A stretch of 64,000 bases of DNA from the human T2T-CHM13v2.0 reference genome, Homo sapiens, in NCBI RefSeq assembly GCF_009914755.1, contig NC_060928.1, one strand, 5' to 3'. A program made the translations under genes and the position numbers. Below the pieces are notes generated by a model that was not told the origin of the DNA, did no database searches, and saw nothing but the letters and a program-made list of their open reading frames with translations. Shown here piece after piece: positions 24,319-39,023 of this stretch (position 1 is the first letter of the stretch; the number at the start of each line of letters is the position of its first letter).

Positions 24319-27300
24319 GTTGTGTTGTGATGCCCCTTTTGCTCCACAGGCTTGCTTGCCTGGTCCCAAAAATGGAAATTGTAGGACCACCTTACCTGAT
24401 ACAGAGGTGTTGCAATATAATAGTAAGGAAGATATGCTAAAACAAAGTCAGAAAATTGATCAACTGTAAAGAAAAAAGATGTATTTTTAAAGTTGAACAA
24501 TTGAACCAGAAAAACTTACTTAAGAATATATCTTTATTTTTTCTCCTTTTCAACAATAATCACATTTGTAATTAGCAGTAGACTATCTATGTCTTTCCTA
24601 TCGTACTGTTAACTCCACAAAGACAGAAATTCTCTGTATTCTGTTTAGTCTGATCTCCAGTATTTACTAGAGTACTTGGTACATATTAGGTTGTTAATAA
24701 TATAAATTGAATAAATGAATTAGTGAATAGATAGAAATAAAAAAATCAATATTTTACATTTTAATCCTATTTATTCCATTTTCTAAAGTCAAGATTTAAA
24801 TAAGTGGAAGAAAATTTGGGTTACAAACTAGTGGATACTTGCTGAAATAATTACAATTGTTTCCTTCTAGATCATGTGTTGATATGTCCGTTGGCCATGA
24901 ACTTGATTATGTGACTCTCTTATAACTTCCTGGAAACCCACAAACCAACTTCATCACTTTCTCACTTTCCATTCTCAGACACTTCTAATCATTATTATTT
25001 CTTCTTTTTTGATCTAAGTTTATTGTTGAATATAAGCAAATACTCTTGAATAATGATTACATCCAATCTATCTTTTAAAATGAAAATGAGTATCAGTGAA
25101 ATTTAACAGCTTATAAATTTAAAACATTCAATAGGCAAAATAGAGTTTTTTTTAAGATACGAAAAATTTATTAGGCTACATTGCTAACATTTAAAGAGCT
25201 TTCCTCCTCTTTTCCTTCCTACTTCTATTTTCCAATTATCTAACTGAAATCTTGATTTATTTGTTCTGCATCTTTTCAGCAACTGTTTCTCTAAAGATTA
25301 AGTTTATATATTTTCTTCTTCAAACATGTTCCAATTTCTGTCTTCTAATAGATCCTCTTTATTGCCTACCTGTCTTCGATACTGTTGACAGATTTTCACT
25401 CTCATTAAACCACCCATGCTCCTGCAGCCTCAGGTAGCAACCACAGCAATGGTCTGTTCCTAAAGATAGAAAATGAGATTCCAAACTTTTTCTGGAATGT
25501 AACAAAGAGAGAAAAGTTTCTTTTCATTTGCAGTCCTCAGAATCATCTGGCATTTCCCCACAGATTTGCAACAGGAAAGTGATTTAGAACTTCCACCAAT
25601 GTATTCCCTAGAGCTCTTTGTAGGAACAGTAAAGAGCTTTGAGGGGTGAGATCATTTCCCACATCTTTCTAACTTCCCTACCTTTTCCCACTGGATTCAT
25701 CATTCTTATCTAAGAAGGAGGGAAGATTCTCATTTTCCATGCTTTTACTCTACCACAGTGTCCTCAAAGGAGTAATTTATGGGAATATGGGCTCCAGAGT
25801 GCCTTTAAATTTTCTAGCAAGTGCAATCAGCACACCCAATGGAAGGCATACTGTATTCCACTATATCAGAGGTGAGGCAATTGGCATTGTGCCATTTACT
25901 TAACATGCTAGGCAGAACTAAGTAATTTATTTTATGTCACTTGGTATTCTTAGATAATATGCTTCTACAATTTGCCTTCATTTGAAGGACACTATTATAT
26001 TTAAGTATTGGATCTCATACCTTTGAACATCATGAACTTTGGATAAATTATTTATTTAATCCAGATACCTATATGTAGACCTATGGTTTAAAGACAGTAT
26101 TATGCCTATTAGCATTGTATCACTACAAAGTCACAATTGATATTGATTTTTATATTATCCAATTTTTAAATCAGTGTCATAGATCAAGGGTTGCAGTACA
26201 ATGAATTTATGACTACAAAACAGCAGCAAAACAAAAAATATAATTAGTATGATCAACAAAGTTTCTGTAATGTAGAATTACAAGGAACAAAATAGACATA
26301 ATTTACACTTTATATAGCACAGCAAAAAGAGAAGAAATAATCATTAATTTTTATTCAAAAAAGCTATTGTTCAAGAAACCCTATAAACAATATATACTTC
26401 AATTTTTACAATAAATCGCTATCAGCAGGTTCAAATAAATTATTTCATTAATCATTCAAAATTATAATATGTCAGTCATATAGTCTGGTTAAAATTCACT
26501 CAGTTTATTTATGCCAAATTTGTTTTTATTAAATTTACATTATAGGTGACACAGACTAATCTTAATGTTCTGTTATTTAAGGCCAGTTGTCTGTCTTTGT
26601 AATATTTACACATGGGGTCATAGAATGTTTCTAATCTCCAATTTGCCACTATGGCTTTGTTTCCTTTCTGTTGTCATATTTTCTTAATTCTAATTGATAC
26701 TTCTTTTTTTCTCTCTCTCTCTGACACACACACATACATATTCACACACACCCATTTGCACATCCACAAAATTTACCGCTACCATCTCTTTGCCGTTTGT
26801 TTCTAATTTCCATACTTTGTAATTTATTTGACATTACAAGGGCCATATTGTTGGAAGACCATAGAAAGAAACAAAAAAAGTTTGTTACTGCATTGTAATT
26901 TGAATTATTTCAATGGCTTTGGTGCAAAAATTGCCTTATAACTATTAGACCTAATTTTACTCTGTTATAAATGTAGCTGTACGATTATAAACAGCTGAGG
27001 AGATCAGTGGAATGAAGTTAGGCTAAACTATGAAAGATGAAAGGCATAATCCATCTTTTATGTTCCCCAAACAAGTGGCAAAAAATGAAAAAAAAAAGTG
27101 TTTGACTATATTCATTCTTCAACAGTCTCGAACAAATCTATGTTACATGTTGTGAAACGTAGTCCTCAATTCATTATACTCATGCTAGTATATAGCTGAT
27201 CTCCAATTTTATTATCAAAATATTCACTTAAAAACAACTCATTGCATTTTTTTTGTTGCTAACATACTCAGTTGCTATACATTACCTCATATTTTTCACT

Positions 27301-27940
27301 AGTCGTTTTAATTATTTTGAAAAGTTATTCTTTTTTACAGAAACCAACCCCAAACAACATATAGAAATTCCCATTGAAACATCTATTTTGTTTCTAGACC
27401 ATGGGTAGAGATGTATAGCAACAAATTTAAACACATAATTTTATGTCCTGTATACCTCTCTACTTTCAGGTTACAAAACTTAATTTGAGCAAACAAGTAT
27501 GGGAGGCAGTTTGCTACGAGAAGGTAGGTAGCCTTTCACAGAGTTCTCAAAGTATAGCCAGGATTAAGGCTGAGAGACTTCTGGAACGGGGAATTAGAAC
27601 GCTGACAGGGAACCAGGAAGTGTTCCTTTCCCTCATTATCTCTGCTTCTCTTGTCCTGTCTTTACTCTCTTCTTCTTCAAACTCTCTTCCTCTGCTTTGT
27701 TCACAAGGGCGCTGGCTCATTTGTGCTCCCTAGCTATCTTCCCTGTCTCTCTTTGACTCTTTTTTTTTCTACCACTTTTTATTCTAAATACAAGTATTGT
27801 GTGATGATTGTTTCAACTTAGGTTACTCTGCCTGGCCTAGTCAGTTTGGAAGGAGGAAGTGAGCAGAATTACATTGTTCCTAATGGTTGTGAGGGACTGT
27901 TACTATGAATGGGAGGAAGATGGTACAAATAGAAAGGTCA

Positions 27941-28274
<334 letters not shown>

Positions 28275-28749
28275 TCAAAATATACCCACTATCTAGGATG
28301 TGTTTCACTTCACATGAAGTTCTTATAATCAGAATTTACATATCAAAGCTGCCCTTGAGTTAAGCATTTGAATAATCAGCCGCAATAATCATTCTACAGG
28401 ATTTCTTCCCTTTAAATAAAGAAGACAATAATGCATACAAGGTTATTCAATGTCCACCTTTTACTTTATTCTAAGTTGCTTATAGTGAGGCTATATCCCC
28501 ACTAACATCATTATTGATGAAGAAGATTGAGAAAGAAAAAAAGTTTATTAAGAGCATTCATAAACAAAATCATTACATAAATTTAGTTATAAAAATCAGT
28601 GATTTGAGAAGGGAAAGTATATAGCAGTGTCAAATATTTAAGAGTTAAGGTTAAAACATGAAAATGACTATCACCTGTGGCAACGCATTCCACATGTCCT
28701 ATATAGAAAATTGTGGGCCTTAACAAAAATGCTTTGAGACTTTTTGTTA

Positions 28750-28838
28750 ACTACAAATGTTAGAACGGGTTTCCTATTTCTCAACCAGAACCAAAAATAC
28801 TGGTTGGGAAATAGGAAACCCGTTCTAACATTTGTAGT
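28750..28838. repeat. Near-perfect inverted repeat: 39-bp arms, 11-nt spacer
   Basis: 28750-28788 ACTACAAATGTTAGAACGGGTTTCCTATTTCTCAACCAG versus 28800-28838 CTGGTTGGGAAATAGGAAACCCGTTCTAACATTTGTAGT; 38 of 39 positions complementary. Confidence 0.97.
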
Positions 28839-28872
28839 GAGTGGGAAATGAGAAGTTTTCAGATAAACAATT

Positions 28873-29301
28873 ATGGCAGGAAAAAAAATGTCAACAAATA
28901 GCCATTACCACCTTCTTCCACTTAGTTATAGATCCCTCTGAAATTTAGTTGGCCATGTGGCTGCTCAGCTGCAAAAAAATATACTATATTCTCTAGCAAC
29001 TTGGTATAGCCATGTTTTGGCTTAAGCCATGTGAGTAGAAATGAAATTTCCAATTTGGAGATTTCCCACTGTTTCAGATTTCCTCTTTCCTGATAGCAGA
29101 GATAAGATGAGATTGGAAGGAACTGCTTTGGACACAGAAGTGTGAACCCTGTGCTAAGGAGTCATGGCACCCCTAATACTTCTTTTCCACTTAGTTCTGA
29201 GCTGTTTCTTCTTAGAGAAATATACTTCAGTCCTATTTAGGCCCTGAAATGTTGACTTCTCTTGGTGATAACAAATGATAATCTTTAACTTTACTAATAC
29301 A
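28873..29301 (+). mobile_element. Old MaLR solo LTR (MLT1J-like)
   Basis: TTGGCCATGTGGCTGCTCAGCT, GCCATGTGAGTAGAAATGA, ends ACTAATACA. Confidence 0.65.
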
Positions 29302-30578
29302 TTTAACAGGGAAAGAGCCCATTAGCCTTTAAGACTGAAGAGTAAATTGAAAAGTTGGGGGATGTATTTTAGGTACAGCAGAACCGTAGGTCCTGGCAGC
29401 ACAGTGGAAAGGAAACATGGGCATGCTACTTTAAAGGGAAAAAAATCAATAAATATATGTGAAAAGGAGAGATCAGGTGACAGAGCTTCTTGAATTTTAG
29501 GTGGTAAGTGGAAAAAATGAACAAGAAATAGAAACATAGTGAGATTTCTTAGTTCCAACATTTTTGCCTCAATATTATGTTTCATCATCATTTCTGCAGG
29601 GAGAAATCCAGGTAGTATCTGTGGTTTTAAAATAGTTAAGGTGATTAGCTGTTGATGTTAGTTATTTGACTTCTGACCACGATTTGTAAGTATAAACAGG
29701 GGTAAGAAAATGGTGTGAATAGGTCCAAGTGAGGATTTGAAAAGTGGGGCCTTAATAGAATTAGTTGTATTCTGATATGTATGTTATTTTCCCTTAAAAT
29801 AGTTTCAATTCTCACATAAAAGTATAGGAATTATTTTATTGTAGCTTAAGCAAAACCACTGAATAGACATAAAAGTATAAGAGGAAGTTTATCAATGCAT
29901 GCCCAGAAGGTCTTACAGGTGAATGAGTGTGTTTAGAGTTAAGCTCTCGAAGCAGAGAGAATGCAAAGAGGGAAGGAAATGGTGGGAACAAAGTTTAAAA
30001 CCAAGAATGAGAGAAACAGTGAAATACTCTGTAAATTAGATTGATAAAACAGAGAATATTAAAGCTGAACCATATAATATTAATGAACCTGTAGCCTAAG
30101 TCTATTATTTTAGGAAAAACTGAGAGCTAAATGATTAGAATTTACCTGGTTAAAATAACACAAGAAATTAGAATTAGATCCCATATTACACGCTGTGATC
30201 ACTTAGTTTCCTAACCCATTATCTCTGCAAACACGAGCATAGGCTTACATATATCTGTATGTTGGGAGGTTGTGCATACCTTTATATGTTTGAGTGTCAA
30301 GAACCTATTCGAGACAATAAAGATAATCTGTTTTGTCCTATGATTCTTATTATATCATTGTTTTCTACAGTATCTTTTTAAGAAATTTAATATATTTTTC
30401 AAGCAATTCAGAAAATAACTTAACTGTCACAGAATTTTTTAAATTTAAGAAACAAAATCTTTAGTAAATACATACTTCTGAAAATATGAAAATACTGCCC
30501 CAGTGTTAAGTTACAGGTTAATGTCAGTTCCTAGACCAGATTATTGGTTTAATTCTGTTGTTAAAATTACATCTTCTG

Positions 30579-30896
<318 letters not shown>

Positions 30897-31194
30897 TCAA
30901 TGATTAGCAAGAGGTCCACGGAAATACTTGCTTTGGTTTCTAAGAATGCAAGTATATGCAATGCATGCAACTAAAGAGTGAATGGGGAGACTGTATAAAC
31001 CTTACAGAACTATTGTCATGAGACTTAATTATACTTCTACTTGCTTAATTAATACGTTTTTCCATATTATTTATATGAACTACTGTTAACTCTGTAATAA
31101 TTCTAAACTTGACCTACCTTTCTAAACATATGGTGAGACTAACGCTTTCTGCTTTCAGTGGAGGCAGCAGGATTTATTTTAATGCAGCCGGTAG

Positions 31195-31649
<455 letters not shown>

Positions 31650-31818
31650 TTTTTTCGCTCTCTCTCCCTCCTCCCATCTCTCCTTTGATCCCTCCTCTCC
31701 CTTCCTTCCGTCCTTCCTTCCTTCCTTCCTTCCTTTCCTTCCTTCTTTCCTTCCTTCTTGCCTGCCTGCCTGCCTTCCTGCCTGCCTTCGTGCCTTCCTT
31801 CCTGCCTTCCTCTTTCTT
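31650..31818. repeat. (CCTT)n/(CCTG)n pyrimidine-rich low-complexity tract
   Basis: Tandem CCTT and CCTG units. Confidence 0.9.
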
Positions 31819-32418
31819 ATCTTACACCGCATACAGAGACACAGCTATACCACTCTAAAAAAGTAAAGCATTCTGCCCTGTAATAGAACATTTTTGGATT
31901 CAAGTGAAACTCTCCAGAGACATGACCAAAAGGGGGCAGCCAAGATTCAAAGGGAAGAAAGATGTGGAGTTCAAAAAACCCAATAAAGAAGCATGGTTTG
32001 AGTGAAAAACAACAGTAAAACACAGCTCTACAACATTCAAAATTAAATGCTTGTAGTATTGTTGACCCCAGGTTTGTTACTTCTTCTTTCTTCTGTTTAT
32101 CAGTTTCCTAAGTGAGAGACAAAATAACATAGTGAGGGCAAAATTTGAACAAAGAAGTAAAGTGGAGCATCAAATTATCTTAGATTGCAACTCACTAAAT
32201 GATTCCACACTTGATTATTACATATTTATACTGTGTCTTATGACCCTTATTTCCTAGAGCTATCTTTCAATAAAATAAGACCTGTATTATTTTAGTTGAC
32301 CAATATCTTCTCATAAATGTGAAGCCCTTGAGTGATTTAATTGCAGCAGTTCATTTAAAGCAACCCCTAAATAAGGAAACTGTTACAGGTTTACAATATG
32401 TGAAGTAGTAATACTCAC

Positions 32419-32691
32419 TGGAAACAATGTCATCTCATTTTGTTCGTTTTGCATGCTTAAGTGTTCCCTTTTGTGTTTCTCTGTATACTTTCAAATTTGA
32501 AATAAGAAGAGCTCCTTTGTATACTGAAGTACCACATGGCACACACATCTTCAATCAAGGGTTTGTACATTTCAGCAGCTCCGCAGGAAACAGGGTTTTC
32601 AATAAATACCATTTCTGAATAGTCTAGCTCATTAATGATTTTTATTGCATTTTGAAAATGTGCCAAATCTCTCATGAAACTCAATTACATT
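32419..32691 (-). pseudogene. Fossil exon E9
   Basis: Acceptor TTTTTTCCCTTCTCAG|AA; consensus donor CA|GTGAGT; 273 nt; contains the 75-codon open frame LSFMRDLAHFQNAIKIINELDYSEMVFIENPVSCGAAEMYKPLIEDVC..., which is in frame with the end of E8. Confidence 0.7.
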
Positions 32692-35117
32692 CTGAGAAGG
32701 GAAAAAACGGTACATAGAAACACTGAAATCTTTAAACAAGCAAGTTTTTTTTCTTTTTTTTAAAATCCCTCCCACTGAGACACTTTAGAATATAGGGCTA
32801 TAATATCTCTTGTTTTATGCATGAACATATGATGTAATGTAAAATATAGAGTGATTGAGAGCAGGTGCAACTCAATTGCTAGGTCACAAAAAAATGTTCT
32901 AAGAAAAACACATACACACACAAAATAGGATTATAGTCTCTGAACTTAACCCCTTGTTTGTGTATAAAACAGGGAAGGGATTCTTGTGTAATGGTTTTTA
33001 TTCCCCCCGGAGAGAACAAAGTTATTGAGTAATAGGTTATCCTTCAGCCAGCATCAGCGCAACTATAAATCTACAATGTACGAAATCAACACAATTCATT
33101 ACTTGCCATTGAATATGAGGCTTAGGAATCTCAGTGGAGAAAACTTTCTAACTATATGTTCCTGGTGTTGCTACATGCCTATTCTCTGTGGCATTTTTCT
33201 CCTTATTTCCTAAGCCCTTTAGGTGTGACAAATGCCTATTATTAAATTTATATTTCCAAAAATGCAATTTTTAAAAATAAATATTCAAAAACGATAATTA
33301 TAAGACCCCAAAAGCAAAATCTCCCTTTAATTTGAAAGACAGAAGTACCAAAAATAAACACTAGTTTTATTAAGATACAATGTAAATCAATAAAATATAT
33401 TTAAATTACAATAACATTTATAACATTTTGTGAGTAGAATTAGCATGTGGGTTTGTTCTTTGTTTTTAGATATTTTCCTTATGCTACATCTTTAAAAGAT
33501 TCAAAAAAAGCCCTCTATATTTGAGTTCAAATGCCATACTTTATGAAATAACAAAAATGGTTCTTAACAGGCAGAGTTTCTGGTCTATTTATAGTAATTC
33601 ATATTGCATGGTGATTATGATTCTTTTTTAGACAGGAAAATTTTTATTTAAAAAATATGGCATATAAAACTCATTTGATCTTTTTAGCTTTCTCAATAGA
33701 GACAATCAAACATGACAGTGATAACAGAAATAAAGTCTACATACTGTGACCAAATTAATGTGGTTCAAAAGAAATTTGAAGATTTTTATATCAATGGAAA
33801 TCTGCACATATTTGATAGATGATTATTTCAGGTGTGTTATGATCATAAAGGTTAAGAGTTTAGCAACATAAACCACTAGGTATGGAAGTGTCTAACAAAC
33901 TACCTTATAAATTATAATAGAAGTGAGAAACCCACAATTAACTGCAACATAATATAAAATTATGAAAGATGAAGATGATAGTAATGGTGATGTTAATGAT
34001 GATGATATCATAAAATAAGCACGTTACATTTTTTAGAATTACAAACAAACACAGAGTTCTTGTCTACTAGTTAGTAGGAAAAACTTAAGGAATATGCTGA
34101 CTTGTAACCAGTGTCTTAAATAAAGGGCTACTTTTTATAAACATACAGTCTAGGTGATCCAAATGGCTTGAACACATACTGAAATAACAGAGAAATATGA
34201 AAAAAATAGTGCATTTTGACTGCCATACACCCCTTAATAAATTTGTTTAATGAATAGGCAAATACTATTCATTGTAATTGATTGAAGAAAGTACCATTGA
34301 TGAAAACTTGACAACATATATAAAAAATGTTCTTTGATTTTTTTTTAATATATATTTTGAATGAGGGACTTCTATTTGTGTTATCATATCAGTGAGCTTG
34401 TATATGATAGAGTCCAGATCAATTTGATTCTAATTTATATAAGGTGAATTGAGATTTTATAAGTGACTATTCTACAGATGTGTTTAAAAAAAAATACAAC
34501 TTGGGAGTCCTCCGTAAGGATACATAAGGATTTATATCTGATTCCATTTGATTTATTAGGTATTCTTGTGAGGTTAAAAGAATATTTTAATATAGTAAAT
34601 TTTAGTATCTCCCACTTGTACTATTACTTTAGTATCATTAACAGTCTATTGCTAACCCAGAAGCTCTGTCAGGGAGAGACCAATTCTCACTTGCTCATCA
34701 CTGCAAAACCAATGCCTATCACGTTGCCTGCTACAAAAGGGATCTCAGTGCTGAATGAGCAAAGGATTACATGAATAATCATTCAACAGATTCCGTTAAT
34801 CTTTTTTGAAAATTAATACTTTCTATGCCAGCAGTCTAAATATTTTTGATCATGTACTCTTTAAAATAGTTTCTAAACTATGTAACATTATGAAATATTT
34901 TGGTAGTATGTGTAATTATTTGTCATAAATTTAAATAATTTTATAGGATATAACTTCTGTTATATTATAAATATTGATATTTTAAAGTAAAATCCACACA
35001 TCACTTTCAAAATATATATCCAGGCTGATTTTGAAACTATTGTATTTAGTCCTATTCATATATTTATTCAGTAATTTTATATCACTTGTTTTCTCCTTTA
35101 ACATTCATTCATGGATT

Positions 35118-35427
35118 CTTTTTTTTTTTTTTTGAGATGGAGTCTCGGTCTTTCACCTAGGCTGGAGTGCAGTGGCGCGATCTTGGCCATGGCAAGCTCA
35201 AGCTCCGCCTCCTGAGATCACACCATTCTCCTATCTCAGCCTCCCGAGTAGCTGGGACTACAGGCATCCACCACCGCCCAGCTAATTTTTTTTGTTTTTT
35301 TGTATTTCTAGTAGAGATGGAGTTTCACCGTGTTAGCCAGGATGGTCTCGATATCCTGACCTCGTGATCCTCCCGCCTCAGCCTCCCAAAGTGCTGGGAT
35401 TACAGGCGTGAGCCACGGCACCTGGCC
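35118..35427 (-). mobile_element. AluY
   Basis: Antisense Alu, CCGTGTTAGCCAGGATGGTCTCGAT; small CAAGCT duplication; degenerate TSD CATTCATT. Confidence 0.95.
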
Positions 35428-36194
35428 CATTCATTTATTCTTTGAAAAAGTATTTATTGGGCATCTGATATGTATTGGCAGTTGATGTGAACACTTGACA
35501 TACACCACTGGCCAAATGTGACTGCCTTCATGCTCCAGCTTACGTATATCTTAATTTATTGTCTTCTAGATACACTATTTAAGGGATCCAGACAAACACT
35601 CTATGTTTATCCCTAGATAAAATGTTTTCCCTAAGTGTCTGACTACTTACAGAATTTTTAAAATTAGCCTAACTTTTTAAAGCTAAACTCATGAATGAAT
35701 ATTGTCATTCAACTCATGTATAATTTGGAGAGCCCCTTCAGTTTTCAAATTTAGCTCAGCAAAATTTATATCTTTGACTACTGTTCTGACACTATTCTAT
35801 TCTTCATTTGTTTGTTTCATTTTTCTATTTATTCAGGTTGAGTTTTGCCAGTTTGACTTTTACGTCTCTAATGGGAGTGGGGGTTGCTCTGTGCACATAG
35901 GAAACCCTCACAGAGAAAAGCTTAAATTTCTCATTAGGATCTCAGAGCTAAAATTGCTTGTTGTGTGTTGCTTTAGATATCTTAACAACTGAACATGTTT
36001 AGTGCAATGAAAACTTTGCATGTACTTTGAAGTTTTCATCTGAATTTGATGTATGCTTGGGTACAGTCAGTGAAGACATTTCGGATGCACCAACCCACAT
36101 TCTCTCAATCTCACTTTAGGGCTCTTGACCACTTATTTTACCATAGCTAGTACTTTGAGGACCAACTTTTTATAGGTATGGCCTGAGTTCACTA

Positions 36195-36770
36195 TGATAC
36201 TAATAACAACAGGAGGCAGGAAAATTCCCAGACAGACAGTGATGGGTCCCTGGTGAAAGTCATGCTTCAATCCAAGGATAGTCTAAAGCTAAAAACCTAA
36301 CTTTTAAAGAAAGTTAAAAACCAAGATATCAGTTTCGGATAGAATCCATGGACTGAAGTGAGAATTCCCACCCCCATTTGGTGTGCTTTCTCCTCATTGG
36401 TCCTTATCTTTCACCTAGTTTACATATACCTACCTTCCTCCAGTTGGCTCTACACACTATTGTGCCTTTTTCTAAGTGGTACTTTTTCCAAAACTACCCA
36501 CAAACTAATGAGCATGCACCTCTCTGTTCCAAGTCCATAAAATCCCCTGAACTCAGCCTCATGTCTGCCAATCTGCTTTCAGGTCCCCTCTTGCTGCTGG
36601 GAGTTTTTCTGTGACTGAATAAATTCTACTCTGCCTTACTCACTCTCCAGTGTCTGCATACCTCATTCTTCTCAGTCATGGGACAAGAAGTAGGAATTCG
36701 CCTAATTATGGGAGTGAAAGAACTGTAACATTCCTACTTGCTGAACTAACAAAGTAAAAGAGCTGCAAAA
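36195..36770 (+). mobile_element. ERV1-class solo LTR (MER84/LTR47-like; subfamily uncertain)
   Basis: CAGGAGGCAGGAAAATTCCCAGACAGACAG...GGGTCCCTGGTGAAA start, CATAAAA TATA-like box, AATAAATTCTACTCTGCCTTACTCACTCTCCAGTGTC. Confidence 0.8.
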
Positions 36771-37129
36771 ATACTGGGACACCCCTGTTGCTGCTAGACC
36801 ACGATTTTCTGTGGGACCTACTTAAGAAGAATATGTGAACATTCAAGAAAGCTGGGAAATAAAAATTCAGTAGAAAAGAATTTGGGGCAATAGTTAATAA
36901 GAAATAGAAAATAAATTATTCCTTCTTCCTCCTAATGACTTCCCAGGGTGTGATATTTTATACAACCTTTTGAAAGAGAAGCCCACAAGAACACATAATG
37001 ATTTGATCCTGGCACCAAGTTGATTTCCCTTCTTTCTTATCTCAGTCCCTTTTACCTTAACTACTACAGTAGGATTTCTTCTTAAAGAACTTACTATAAG
37101 TTTTTGCCTCTGACCCTGTTTTTTCTCTC

Positions 37130-37890
37130 TGTAAAACATTTGAAGATATTTATTCTGAGCCAAATATTAGTGACTATGGCCCGTAACACAGTCCCCAAAA
37201 ATACTGAGAACATGTGCCAAAGATGGTCAGACTACAGCTTGGTTTTATACATTTTAGAGGGATATAAGACATCAATCAATACATGTAAGATGTACATTGA
37301 TTTGGTCCAGAAAGGGAGGACAAATCTAAATAGGGGCTTCCAGGTCATAGATGGATTCAAAGATTTTTTGACGGACAGTTGGTTGAAAGAGTTTATCTAA
37401 AGACCTGGAATCGATAGAAGGGAGAGTCTGGATTAAGATAAGAGGTTGTGGAGACCCAAGTTCTTATTATGTAGATGAAGCCTCCAGGTATTGAGCTTGA
37501 GAGATAATAGATTAAAAATACATTTTATCAGAATAAAAAAGTGACAGACTCTTAGTTTATCCTCTCCTGGATCAGGAAAAAGACCTGGAAAGGGAAGGGA
37601 TTTTCTGCAGAATGTTGGTGTTTCCCACAAAAGAGAGCTTTGCAGGGCCATTTCAAAATATGACAAAGAAATATATTTTGGGGTAAAATACTTTGATTTC
37701 TTTCAAGGCCTGCCGTCTTTCATGGTGGTATCTTATTGCTACAAAAAGTCTGTTTTGTCAATCTTAAGGTCTCTATTTTAGTGTTAATGCTGGTCAGCTG
37801 TGCCTGAAATCCAAAGGGAGGAAGGTATAATGAGGCATATCTGAACCCCTCATTCCCATCATGGCCTGAACTAGTGTTTCAGGTTTGAAC
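37130..37890 (-). mobile_element. MER4-family ERV1 solo LTR
   Basis: TTTATTCTGAGCCAAATAT, CTGAGAACATGTGCC, CAGCTTGGTTTTATACATTTTAG and CCCATCATGGCCTGAACTAG motifs. Confidence 0.85.
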
Positions 37891-38322
37891 TTTTGCATAA
37901 TGAACCCATGAACATGGAGAGGACGGAAAAGTATTTCTAATACCCTCTAGAACAGCTCCTTCAAACTTAGACTTGAAGTGCCCTGGTAAAAGTAAGTGAT
38001 TTGCAGATGCCAAGCTTTATTGGCACAGTTTTGAAAAAATGGTCAAACAGCACTAGGATGTGGGAATGTTTTATGTTTTTATTGTGTAAGATATGAGAGC
38101 TCAGCACTTCATAAATTTCCTTGGAATGGGTCAAAGGCCATCAAGACACTACACTAAAGCAATAAAGAGTGTTCTCGTGATGACACTTGCAACTGTGAGA
38201 AGCTTGGTGTTCTAGTCTTGTGTAGGTTGTTTGGGGATGATATCGTCCTTGAGAATTGTCCAATGGTCCTGTGTACATCCAAAGGAATGTGGAGTTCCAG
38301 AAACAAAGAGACAAGGTGGTAC

Positions 38323-39023
38323 TATTAGCAGCAGTGAATCTTTTTGGGTCTGCAGCAACCTCAATTCTTGCCTTCTCAGAAGAAATAATTTGACTGAGGG
38401 GTCCTAAGGGAGAGTGAGAGGCAAGTTTTAGAGTGGGATTGAAAGTTTGTTAAAAAGTTTTAGAGCAGAAATGAAAGGAAGTAATGTACACTTGAAATAG
38501 GGCCAAGTGGGCAATTGGAGAGATTCACACGTGCGGTTTGACCTTTGACTTGGGGTTTTATTTGTTGGCATGCTTCCAGAGGGTTTTGTTTTTTTCTCCT
38601 GATTCTTTTCTTGGGGTAGGCTGTCTGCATGTGCAGTGGCCTCGCAGCACTGAGGAGGGGCCACATGCACAGTGTGTTTATGGAAGTTGTGTGCATGCTC
38701 ACTTGAGGTGTTCTTCCCCTATCAGTTAGGTGTTCCTAGAAGAAGATCATACACCAGCTAAACTCCACTTTTTGCCTCTTAGTGTGCATACTTGAGTCCA
38801 CTTCGCCAAGCTCCTGAGATCTTATTGGGAAGCTGCCAATCACCAGTATCTGGTGTTTTCTGTCTATTGGAACACTGCATTTCCCTGGCGCCAGCTGTGA
38901 TAATTATTATTTTAGAGAGACAGTTTAACAAACGCCTGACCATGACCTGTTGGTCACCGACATTCCTGCTGGAGGCTGTAGGGGAGGGGGGCTCTCTTTT
39001 CCGCTGCTCATGTCTGCCTAACA
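38323..39023 (-). mobile_element. ERV1-class solo LTR (LTR19/MER66-like; subfamily uncertain)
   Basis: GGGTCTGCAGCAACCTCAATTCTTGCC...CTCCTGAGATCTTATTGGGAAGCTG...GCTCATGTCTGCCTAACA. Confidence 0.8.
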
